In this document: piece by piece, positions 1 to 13,100 of the stretch
How the letters are laid out: each line of letters starts with the position of its first letter
Position numbering within the stretch: the stretch's first letter is position 1
NCBI GenBank assembly: GCA_964035545.1
Contig: OZ037773.1
Span: 9,701,751-9,765,750 of the forward strand
Direction: 5' to 3'
DNA: 64,000 nucleotides
Origin: Bugula neritina
Lineage: Eukaryota > Animalia > Bryozoa
Program-made: the position numbers and the translations under genes
The notes under the pieces: model-generated
Databases searched by the model: none
What the model saw: only the letters and a program-made list of their open reading frames with translations
What the model was told of the DNA's origin: nothing

Positions 1-159
1 AATTCAAAATAATGTAAAGTGATTAGGTGCAATATTATACAATGTATTGCAATACAGTATAATAAACTAACATGTCATGCTATTGTCTGAGTGTTTCAAG
101 TATGCACGTTCGTATATGATTTTTAATCTAATGATAAAGAGAGTAGCTTTATGTTTTAC

Positions 160-3100
160 CATCTTCCACATTGAGTGTAACCTGCAGGGTGGTTGTACAT
201 GGTGCGATGAACCCCACTAGCAGTTAGTCTGAGTCCAGTGTCTGCATATTCCTTCACATAAGTTATGGTGAACAGATCTTCCACATCACCATCTTTATTA
301 CTTGCCCAATAATGGAATCTCTCCAGATTACCACTGTGACTTCTGAACATCTTCTGGTTATGGGATATCACTAAAAAATGAGCATCAATATCAAATTTCA
401 AAGTCCAAATAGTTATTTTATGTCTTAATCAGTGTTTGCAAATATAAATAAAAATGTTAGTAGAAAATAGAGCATATGCAATATTTAAACCTGTTTTAAT
501 AAAGCTACCAACAACTAATACTAAAGTTTCTGCTTTGCAAATTTACAAAATAGCACCGCTTAAATGATTTTATTTAAATTTGAATTCTTACTATTCAGAT
601 TTTTTTTAATTGAAATATTATATTTATGTAAAGATTTATTAGTTGTTAAATAAAAGTTCTGAGTCACCTCCATCAACTGCATGGTCTCTTCTCACTTCTT
701 CAATGTGCAGACGTGAAGGGGAGTTGAATCCACCAGTAACAGTTCTGGTTGGTTGGCTATAACTATCAATACATCTTCCAATGTATATTCCAATGATGTG
801 ATTTCCAGCCAAGAGACTATTGTCACAGATACCTTCCACTAAAAATGAGAATCACATTGTATTAATTACTTGGAAAGCTTTAACAATAGCAAAGTGAATT
901 CTTCTTACAATGCCAATTGCTATTTTATGAAAACAATACAACTGTCTACGCACAAGTTCTGACTCTTTTGTGGTCTCTCCAGTAGGCATAGTTATCAGGT
1001 GAACTCGTGTGTATTACATAATCAAGTTGGGGGGAACATTCACTGTCTCCTATCTTCACAAACCTAAATGTGGAACAAAATTATTAATTATAATTATACT
1101 TATACTACTATAGTTTTATCTAATATTTAAAAGCTTTTAAACCTAAATATTCAAATGTGAATGTTCAGCATTCTTAGTATATAAATAATTATTATTGTGT
1201 GGGATAATAGCATTACTTTTTTAAGAATAAAAACGATGCTAAATAGTTTTAGCAAGTTATTTCTGTTACCTAGACACAACATGTACAACTAACCATCGTG
1301 CGCAATAGTAGAGCCCATTTGTCGTTACAATAACGGAGGACACTGCACTGTATTTAATCCTTAGACTAGTGTCGTCTGCAACTTTGGTATACTCTATTTC
1401 CTACAAATAGTAAGCAAAGAAATAGTATACAATTTTAATAAAGGTAGATATTTGTACAAGCGACACTGCTTCTGAAATGCTATTGCGGTGTATCTTCGTT
1501 AAAATGTCATACAATTTGATAAGAAATAAAATAAGTATTTTGCCATGCAACTGCTTAATATAACAATAAGTGCTGCTAAACTTTAAATTTAAAAAGATTT
1601 CTCTCACTAACCTTGAGAAGTCGGCTTTCTGCATGCAAATCAAAACTCTGATCAACTTCTTCATTCCAAGTTTCATACTTGTAGTTGAACACATTGAGTA
1701 GAGGGCAGGACAAAAGGCTTTCATCTGGAAAAAGGACTGAAAGTTTTTAGGAGTTTAACAAGTTTAGTAATTTCAACCACAATTCTCCTCAGTTTTTAGA
1801 TATTTCCAATTTTGAGGCACTTTATTTAGCAGAAACACAAATTTGTTTCACCATATTCAGTGACAACAATGCAATTTGCATCATATCACAACTTTTATTC
1901 GATTGTCTACTTGAAACAGTAGTTGGGTTTAGGGTTCAAAAGGTCTAACTAATCCAGGACAGACCTGTAACTGTTTTCTGTGGCACCATCTCCATGATCA
2001 GCATAGTTCTGGCAGAGTTCCAACCAGAATGACCATCTGACGTAGTGTAGCCATCACAAGAATCAATCACTAAACGCACGACCCTGTCACCAGCTTCTAT
2101 CCCATAGCAGGTCCCATCAACTAAAAGTTAAAACTCATCATATGCTTTTACTGTATAACTTAACACATATTCAGTTAATTAAGCAGATAATCACTACCTA
2201 AAGCAACCTTACTATTCATAGCCCGATGATTATCCCCAGTAGTGGCACTGTAATCCAACATCTCAATGGTATCTGGATTGGCACATTTGTTACCATCAAA
2301 TGTCAGATACCAGTGGTGACAGTATCCAGCTGCATTATTATGTCCTCTGACAGCCATGTGGATGATGACTCGTAGTCCTGAGTCATCCCGGGACTTAGGG
2401 TATGTGGCTGTCTACAAGCAGTCAAATTCAACACTAGGATAAACAGTATTTTGAGTCTGAAAGGCAACTGCAGTACATTGATGAATGCTATCTTAAGAAA
2501 AAATTGAAGTAACAGTTTGGGCAGTTATAATATTTTATTTACTGCAAAGTAAAAGTTAGCAAAAAGATAACTAATAATAAAAATCTAAAATATGAAAAGT
2601 TTGCATGAGAAAACAGTAATGGAGGATACCATGACAGTCCCACTGTCTTCCTCATCAGGGATGATATCTGACCAGTAGTGTCTGATGTTTGCATATTCAT
2701 TCTCTAGCTCACACTCCTCTCTCTGGTCAGCTGCGCAATGTTATTATAAACACAAGATTAGATTCTTAGTTGATTGTTGGAGTATTTATATGGCTGCGAG
2801 ACGAGTCTCTTGTATTACATAAAACTGTACTATGATTTAATTTGCAATTAAAATAAAATCAATAGCATGATTACCATTTTGCAATATTGTGCAATTTCTT
2901 AGGAAATTGAATGCCTACACATTATACTAATTAGACTCAAGTAAGTTTATGCTACAAAATAGCAATCTTGTATAATCTAAATCATAAATGCATTTTTTAC
3001 TTGCCAACACATATTGCTTTTTCCAAGACAGCTTCTCCACATCCTTTCATGCAGACTTCATGTCCAGAACAAGTTCTACCATTACAGTTTGATACCTTCA

Positions 3101-5385
3101 GTTAAAACATAACATATATTCATTAGCTTCTCATAAAATAGTTATAAAATCAGTTGGTTTCAAATTGAAAACTGCTTTCCTTGGGAGAAATATCAGCTAA
3201 TGTATGAAATTAAAGACAACATGCTCCAGAGTTGATAGGTGAATGCTACTGCAGCTTATCTGCTGCAAGCATATCTTACTCTTCTTATATTAGCCCCCTT
3301 TGTGTCACAATTGTATTTAAAATTAAAACAAGAAAAAAAGACTTTAAAGAGTGCCAAAGGATTTCAAAGTGATTTAACGGTAAAAAAGTTATCAAGTATA
3401 ACCTGCACTAAAAAGTACAAACCCAAAAAATAATTTCATTTCACAAACCGCACTTTTTTAAAACTTTATTCATTAAGTTTGTTATAAAACACAGCAACAC
3501 AGTAAATAATTTGGCAATAAGAGAAATGTCATGTAAAAAATCCTTATAAATTATGCATGCATTCACCTGCTAGAGGGTGTATATACAGCTTAGATTACTT
3601 ATTTCTAATTCAATTCCTACATGCTGCACTGATTCATGCAATAAGTTTTAGCTAACAACAAACAAAGGTTCACAGAAAAAAATTACTTCTCTAACTCACT
3701 TCCTTTTTGTCCATCATCTCAACAAAATCTCCATTCACAGCACTCCCAGTTGCTGCCAAGTCAATATTAGATGCGTCTCCATTTAACTCATAGCAGTTGC
3801 CTAAAGTATCGTGAGATGAACAATGAAGAGCAACTTATTTAGGTCCACTTGACCTGTAAATGACCTTCACCTGCTTGCCAAAAGCTTCTATACTCATTTA
3901 AAAAGTTTCAAAACATATCCCACATAGAACTCCAATACATTACTTGCCTTAAACAATTGATTTAGTGTACAGCATATTTAATAAAAAAGTATATAATTTA
4001 CGATTCCTTGCATCATGTTTTTATTTATATCATGGAACATAATTTACTGTATATTTGTAAGATTACATTGTATTACATCGCATCGTGAACGGGAACTACG
4101 AAATTGTTGCTGTGAAGTATTCACAGCCATAAACTGAAAAATATTTCTGCTACCGGAACAGAAAAACTAGCGGAAATAGGTGAAAACAGATGAGAAAAAC
4201 TATAAAATATACATAACTCCGTTCAATTTTAAGGTTCAAATATATTCGATTATTTTGCACAAGAATTAGACAATTATTTCTTGTTTTCAAAAGAACACAA
4301 CATTCAATAGGACATTTTTTGGATCGTATGTAAGCTGTCACAAGCAAGTAAAAAACACAATCTTAATAAAAGTAAAGCTAATCTTAGAATGTCAAATAAT
4401 GTCAGAATTAATCCCTTTAAAACAAATAATCTGTAAAAATATTTACACAGCTAAAACAAACTAATTAATAACTTGCGTAATAAGCTATATTATCTACTTG
4501 TTAGTTTATTGTTAATTATTCATGCATGGGGATTTCATTCTTATATACATTCTATATATTATCTATTACAATAAAAATCAATAACCAAGTCACCCAAGAC
4601 TACTTCCATTGAATTAATTACATGTCAAATATCGGTGAGACCTTAAATTATTGATTAAAAGTAGAAAAAACAGTTTGATGCTTTCTTGATGTAGCTTTAT
4701 GGATAATAGAAGCAACGAGTGTGTGTTCTGGAAATAATTATAATTTGAATTCAGATCTTTAGCATTACTGAATATTTATCTGAAATAAACACTTATAAGA
4801 TCCAGATTTTAAGTAACTATAAACAATGTATTCAAACTCATCTTATATTCAATAAAGCATTCACTTCACTGACCTTTGTGATCCTTGAAGACACTGTTAC
4901 AGCCAATAGGGAACTTTCTCCAGCAGTTAATTATGCACTCTATACTACTTCTGGCAGAAGACCTCTTAGCTATCAGTGAGTCACCAGTACTCATGTACTT
5001 ATCTGTCAACACTTCTGCTATCCCACAGTACGGGAGGTCTACAAGACAATACCTAGTAGATATGACCGCCTAAGATTTATATCTAATACAATTAGGGCTC
5101 TCTGTATGTATCACCCACCAAAATTTAAATGGTTTACAAAACATTAGAACCTCTCCTAAATTTGGCTCAGTGCAACCTATATTTCTGATGAATTACTTAA
5201 GAATACTTATACTTTACACAACTTATTAGACATTTCTCAACAAAACTAATAGCCTAATATAGCTTCACAGCAATGATGTTTTCATATTCTATTGCTATGA
5301 TTTAAAGTTTGTTAAAATACTCACCAAGCACGCTTGCTGTAGCAATAGCACACAATGCTATGTTCAATAGGATAACAGAATACAT
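160..5385 (-). CDS. Paralog A (3'-partial): secreted PAN/apple-like + Cys-rich + 3x CTHRC1-C-terminal-like domain protein
   Basis: Exons (minus): 5325-5385, 4874-5038, 3700-3800, 3005-3095 (GC donor), 2630-2730, 2213-2411, 1965-2120, 1612-1724, 1294-1400, 954-1063, 668-838, 160-370; exons 13-14 lie off-window. Phases are compatible and the frame is open. Signal peptide MYSVILLNIALCAIATASVL. Domain 1, TATYPKSRDDSGLRVIIHM...CHHWYLTFDGNKCANPDTIE...HRAMNIDGTCYGI...SGWNSARTMLIMEM, matches the CTHRC1 C-terminal pattern (FTKMRSNSALRV...[20 protein letters not shown]...HRTSSVEGLCEGI...TGWNSVSRIIIEEL, recalled from memory). Confidence 0.85.
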
Positions 5386-7177
5386 TACTGCGTAGCCTTT
5401 TATTCTAAAACAACAATTGAAGTAATGCTGGATTATTTTGAAATTAATATTCAAATTAAAGATTTAAAATTAAAATAAAATTTCAAATGATTATTTGCAA
5501 ATGTAAACAGTTTTTAAATATTTCATTCTGCTATATATTGAAGTAAAAGGATTCATTTAAGTCACGGCATTTTTTGTTCAATATACATATTCTAAATGTT
5601 ATAAGTCTAACTAACGTTTAACATAACATTGAATTTACACAATCTATCCTTCCCTAGATGTGAAAATTATGAAACTAATAGAAAAAACACGCTGAATGCT
5701 GGTTTATATTTTAGGCCGTGAGAAAAATTAATATTAGAGTCTGCATTAAGAACAACAGACCATTTGTCAAAGTCTTACGATATATAGCAAATAAATTGGG
5801 TAATTGATTACCAAAAATATTGCAACGAATAATTAAATTTTTAACAAAATTAGGTGCTAAATGCTTAGAATTCATATTGATATATTTAAATAAAACTCTT
5901 GAATACAAAATTGTTAATATTATTCAATTTTTGTTAGTATGCTTTATAAGTTGCATAAAGTGTTGTTTTACCTGAGTTCACTTGAGTTTAGGTTATAGTA
6001 GGCAGTGAAAGATAATGATGGACCTGTAGTTGGTGAAGTGGTGTTCAGAATAATAACAATGTTACTAGTCTTATATGTAGATGATCTGTGAATACAATAG
6101 TATTGATTTGGGCTGAGGTTTTTCAATTAATCAATAAAGCAATTGTATTACATGATTAGGGTGATTATATTATAAATAACACAATAGAGGATGACACCAT
6201 ACTAAACTTCTGTGTGTGATTTATATATAGTATCAGCATTTATATGTTTCTTATAGAAAGTATGTTATACTACTTGTAATGTTGCTTGAATATATTTTGA
6301 CAATCATTAAATTATAATTAGTATGAAATTAAAACTCCAAAGCAAGGTTAGCTATTGATTGTAGAAAAAAAATTATTCTGTATATATTTGCTGTTACTTA
6401 ATCAAATGATGATTTAAATTAAATAATTGAAGACAACTTTCCCTCTCCTTCAAATTATTCTAATCACCAAAACGTAAAGGGAAGTTGTGCTTATATAATT
6501 ATTACTATTAATAATTTTAGGCTCGTCACATTTAAACCTATTTGTTTGCTACTTTGTCAAAAAGCAATATCTGAATATAATAAGATTATTAAGTTGCTAA
6601 ATATTTCACGGAATTGTGATAATAAGATATTTCACAAAATAAAAAACTGCATGATTATGTGAAATTTTTGTTAGGGAAAACTTCTATGTTTCTGAGAAAA
6701 GACAACTCTCAATAATTAAAAAGAAATAAAAATTTCTCACACAATTTTTATTTGTTAACAGCCAAGCCAAATGCTAGGTTTTAGTTACAATATTTTAAAC
6801 AACAGAATACAGTTTATGTAATGTATCACCAGTCACAACAATATATAATTTAAGCTTGTATATAGATATAAAGAGTATGACTTTCACAACATGAAACATG
6901 TCCAACAATGAGAGGCAGGTTAAATAAACCAAAACTAATGAGAACAATAAATGTTATGAGCTGGAAAAATATGCGAACATTACATAGTACAAATTAGTAA
7001 CAGCATCGAAGGCTTTCAAAATATATAAGAAAAAAAAATATTAAAAAAAAAAATTATGCTGAATTGTCAATTTAACACAAACCAACTTAAAACCACAGTT
7101 CTCTAAATGGTGGCTCATGATCATTATACCATTATACATAAACAAATAACTTTAGTAATCTAGCTGCTTAAAGTTTA

Positions 7178-10100
7178 TTAGTTGCCACAATTTATAGAAG
7201 TGTTAGGTGAGTTGTATGCTTCTACAAAGTCTACTCTCAACTCTTCAACAAAGATGTTGAACATTGACTTCCATCCGGTGTATGCATCCGTTTTGTTGAA
7301 TCCTTCACATTTACCAACTGCGTAGGAGATGGAATGATTACCAGCTGGTATGTCATGACAAATCCCGCTTACTGAAATATTATAAAAAAACATGTGATGT
7401 TGATCTAGTTTGAAAATTATTCAGTACGGATAGCAAAAACAGAGTAACAAAACAAGTCTATTTTTTATAATTGTCGCCCAAGAGATGGAAAGCGGTTTGG
7501 GTGGGAAAAATGATGTTCATGAAAGTGCCTTGTTTTTCTATAATGACTTTGTGATCAAATTATTACAATAAATTGATATGAGGGCACATTATTTATTTGA
7601 ACTACAGGCAGTAGTAAAAAATAATATATTTATAATAAAATTATTAAAACAATACAAACTGGAATAAAGTGAAGGGTTGTCTGAAGGATAAATTAAATTT
7701 ATTTCAACTCTATTAAAAATTTGTTTTCAATGTGCTATTTTAATAATAATATTCTACAAATAGGGCTGTGTGTATAGTAAAATCATTCAACAAAAGCTGA
7801 ACATTATATTTGCATTTAAACAATTAGAAAATGGATTGAATCTTTTGACTGACATGAGAATTGGTTTAAGTAAAAAAAACAGAAAACAAATAAAATTTAT
7901 AAAATCATAAGCTTTCAAGTAACAAGAGACTCGCTTTATGTCTTTGAAAAGAGAAAATAGAATTAATTTATTAATTGTTGCAAGAGGGATGCAGAATAAT
8001 TTACCTTGCATTGGGTAACGCACTTTGACATTGCTATAGTTGACATAGATGATGCCATCTATTGCTCCTGGTAATGCACATTCACAGCCATCGATCTTAA
8101 AGTACCTGTAGTTAAAAGCTTAACCTCCTGACATATCAGAAAGATGCTGACATTGAAAGCACTTTAGAACTAGACGATTGTCTGCTTGTTGAATCATTGC
8201 CTTTCAAATTACTACCCAATCATGTTTTGAAGTTTCCAGCTTATCAAAATGAATATACCTAAAATGACTAAAAGCTCTAGATCTCCATTAATTAATAGAT
8301 AATTTTAAACTTATGCATAAATTTACTTATATTAAATCAATAAGCATTTAGATGTAGTGTATTTAATTTTATTCTATTTGTCTAATTTAACTCAAACGAC
8401 ACATAAAATTGGGTAGTCAAGCAAACTTCAATCCTACCATCTTCCACAAGATGAAAAGTTAGCAGAATCATCAAACGTAACTTCATGATCTCCACCAGCA
8501 GTGAGTCTAAGTCCAGTATCTGCATACTCCTTCACATAAGTTATGGTGAACAAATCTCCTTCATTATCTGCTTTGTTAATTAGTTTGAATCTCTCCAGAT
8601 TACCACTGTGACTTCTGAACATCTTCTGGTTATGGGATATCACTACAATTTTTTATAAGTTTCTACTAAATAGTATTCACAAAAAAAACTCTTCAATGCA
8701 ATTATATTTTATCTAAATTAAACTTGTTCTACATTTGCAGTTAAGGTTTACCTTACGTTTATATTTAGGTTGATTCTATTATACACTTTCCTGAAAACTC
8801 AAATCATTATGAATTACAGCTGAATTACAGAATTACGCTGCACACGATATATTTTAGTGATGGGAATTTTTAGGTACTAGTAAAATTAAATTGTTTTAAA
8901 ATGAGCACGTCAACAAATCAAAAAAATTATTTTATGTATATAAAAGCTCTTTTTAATAAAATATGCGTTGACATGTTTCGTTATAACGCATCACACTGTT
9001 TTATCTGCTAATATTTTTTAAAGTTACCGTATCGCATTAATTTAAAACATTTTATTCGTATCCTGTAATAAGACAAGAAAATTAACTAAGAATTGGATTC
9101 ATTATGAAAAAATTTCACTGTTGGATTAAAACTCTAAAAGCATCTAACAAATGCTATTATAAGACATTACAATACTAGTATATCGTCACCTCCATCAACT
9201 GCATGGTCTTCTCTCACTTCTTCAATGTGCAGACGTGAAGGGGAGTTGAATCCACCAGTGACAGTTCTGGTTGGCTGTTCAGAGCTAGAAGGACATCTTC
9301 CAACGTAAATTCTAATCTTAAATGTGCCTTTGGGTAAATTTTTGTCACAAATCCCTTCCACTAACACAAGAAAATTTATACGAGTTATATTCTGAGCCTT
9401 GGAAAGAGGGTAATGTCAATGTGTTTATTAATTGGATTCTTTTAACATAACAAGTTAATATTATGGTAACTGATGACTTGTATATTATACTTGCAAAGTA
9501 AAAGTGACTATAGTTTTAGAAAAACTCATAACCAATTATTTTGCAAAAACTTCAAATTGCCTGCCAAAGTATTTCCTATTTGATTTTAAAAGACGTTAAA
9601 ACAATGACTCATTTATTGATTCAACTGTGGTGCCTGAACACAGTCTCACACCAATATTAGGCTTTATTTAATACTTACTAGTTCTTACTCTCCTCCAATC
9701 TCTCATGTAATCATAGGACTGTGATGATTCAAAGCCAATGAGGAATTGGAGTCTAGGAGAGCACTTATTATCTCCTATCTTCACAAACCTGCAGCATAAC
9801 AAAGTGAATATTCTAATACTCTATCAATAAAAAATAGTTTGGCTCATGTTTACTTATGAATTCCCATGCCGCTTTTTATAAAACTTTCCTCCAATCAGGT
9901 CTTTGCTTATAGAGACATGATTGAAAAGATTTTTTTTAGAGAAGAATCAAATTTTTCTGATGAAAGAGTGTTGCATACAGTGCACAAACCTGTTCTATTT
10001 TTATTTACTTGGGCTATATAAAACGTAGAACAGCTCTTAGAATTCATGCGTCACAATAACTTTATTATACTTTAAGCAACATTAAATAAATAAAAAAGCA

Positions 10101-13100
10101 GCTCAAGTAACTCTCACCACACAGTTTTATAATGTTTGGTTGTAGAAATGCAATATTACACCATCGTTTAATTATAGTATATTGTTAACTTATATACATG
10201 AACACTTTTTAAATATTGAAAAGCAAAAATCATGCAAGCGATATTACATATTGCAATGCACAAACCAAAGCTGAAACAATTAATTTTTAGGTATATGTAG
10301 TAAAAATTAAATACCTAGTTTGTATTTTCAACAAACCACTTTGCTGAAAAGTACCATTAAAAATACTTATAGAAAAACTATACTTCAAATATTGAAGTCT
10401 TTCAAACAGTCTATAGCAAATAAATTACTTGCCCAATGAGTGTTGGCTCTGACGTACCTACCATTTAGCACAGTAGTTCCACGTTACACTGGTAGATATG
10501 AGGACAGCTGTCAGTGCACTGTACTTGATCCTCAGGCTAGTGTCGTCTGCAACCTTGACATAGTCCACTTCCTGAATAAAAAGTTATCATTCTTATAGAA
10601 AAGTGATCATTATCTTCATTTTATTCTACTTGATAGCATAACTTGCAGGCTCATTTACATTTATTTTTAATTGGTTCAGATTCAAATATTGTAGCTAGGA
10701 GTAATAAAAAACTTTTCACCCTATAATTATAATTTAAAAGTGAGTGATTCAATTCAAGTTTATTGCAAATTTGCACTACCTAATTCGGTTCTTTCATTTT
10801 ATATTTATTCAATGTTATTATTGCAAAATTCTTTTCTCAGGTTAGAGGTGTCAAAAAAATTATTTTTGCAAGAAATTTCTTCAGCACGCTTTTAACATGC
10901 AGTTAGCTTGAATAGTTGTGCTTTAATTTAACCAACATTCAACTATTGGTTTTTAATACCATATTATTAAAAAATTTAATTGAAACTTCAACAATTCAGT
11001 CAAATGCAATTAATTATACATGTTTTGAGAGTTGTGTTGGTGCATTTGTACGCAGTTTTGTTTGGAAAAACAAGTGAATTTTCAATAATTATCAAACAAA
11101 AATTAATTTAGGTTAGGCAGCTGCTCGTAAATTGTTTTTTGCACCAATAGTAGTTGACACCATATTGATTTAGTCATGCAACTTTAATGTCAAACTAAAA
11201 AGTGGTCAAACTAAAAAACTTGAAACTCTGCCCAGCCTTGAAATTAATTTTTAATTCCCTGAAAATATTGGCCTGAAATAGTTCATTTTTAGCATCCTAA
11301 TGAAAAGATAATTAATAAATTTTTTATACACATAGACTCATTTTACTCCATCTAGAAATATAGACACTACAATTTTTACTCATATTGATAAGAACAAAAT
11401 CAGGCTTATTTAAACTGAATAATTCTTTTATAGCAAGTACAATTCCACTGCCTGCATTTTTATAAGAGAAATATTTAGCATTAGTACCAGTAATCTTTGC
11501 TTGCTATTAAGTTGGAAGTAACTCAATCTAGTTAAGGAACATTATTGTTTACTCACTTTGATAAGAATATCTTCAGCGAGAAGGTCAACTGTTTGATCAA
11601 TCTGTTCATTCCAAGTCTCATACTTGTAGTTGAACACGTTGAGTAAAGGGCAGGGTAAACGAGTATCTGCATGTTGAAAATAGATGTTTCAGTTATTGAA
11701 GTTGCTTTGCTATAGCCTACTTGTATACATAAATAATTTTAGCTTTGAACTAAATTTCTAGCTTTGTTATTTTCTGTTGAATTTACATTACTAAATTATT
11801 AAAACATTTAAAACACTCTCTTTAACTTATTTTGCAGAATGAATTTTTTTGCAGTGAAATCGACTAAGAAAAACAGTTAAAAAAAGGCAAATGTTAGGTC
11901 AATTAATATTATTTATGAAACAATACTCTGAAACGTATTGATGCAATAAGTGGCCTGTGCAGCATTATATATTGATAATTTTGCACTGAATTATCCAGTA
12001 GTTAAATCAAAGCTTTAAAAATTATTATCAATTACGGATATTACTAAACAAGATTATACTAAAAAAGCAATGTTGAGAATTAGGCCACATATTTTTGACC
12101 GAATTCAGTTTTGTGCGTCAAAAAAAACAAAAACTTAACAAGAAAATGGGTTTATAACCAAGAAATGTTGCTCTCCTTATTTTAATAAGTTTATCATTTT
12201 GAATTTGTTTATTAAAATAACTATAAAGCTTACCTGGAGCTCTTATATTCATTGGCACCATCTCCATAATTACCATAGATCTAACTGCTCCTGCACCTGA
12301 TTGGGCATCACTAGAAGCGTATCCATCACATGGTCCAACTACCAACTCTACCAGTATGTCACCAGCATCCAGTCCGTAACACGTGCCATCAACTAAACAT
12401 TTAGCAACAGCAAACTGAAGTAAAAATGTGTAGATGCATCTGTAAATTAAATTTGTTTATTAACTTTTATAGCCGCAAAATATTTTACATTTCCTACTAA
12501 TAATTATTGTTCTATAACTCCTATGTTGAATGAAAAGACACATACTCTCCATAGCTCTGTTCGTATATCCAGTAGTAGCACTGTAGTCTAACATCTCAAT
12601 CGTATCTGGGTTGGTACACTTGTTACCATCAAATGTGAAGTACCAGTGGTTACAGTGATCAGGTGCATCATTTCCTCTGACAGCCATGTGGATGATGACT
12701 CGTAGTCCTGAGTCAGCCCTAGACTTTGGGTATGTGGCTGTCTGAAATATTTTGAGTATGTCACTGTCTGTAAGAGTATCACGTTTTCTTTGCTAATGCG
12801 CTACTATTGTCTGTGGTATTTGTAACACATAAGAATATATTATTATAGCACATGACCAAAGAGTTAGCACCAAAGACCTTAGGAACTATAAGTTCTTTGA
12901 TAAAGCATTAACATTTTATTACAGTTGCAGCCATATATCTCCCTTCTCATAAGAAATGAATTATAAATTATAATTTATTTATAAGTATAAACTATTTTTA
13001 TTCCTAAATTGTGAAATACTTTAATAGAGTGGCTTCGACGCAGTGCACAACTAGGTGCTGGCCTAGAAAACAATATAGGTTATGAGTTCCATACTCTAAG

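Noticed and set aside
1924-1936. Telomere-like TGGGTTTAGGGTT
   Set aside because: Only about two units; expected by chance.
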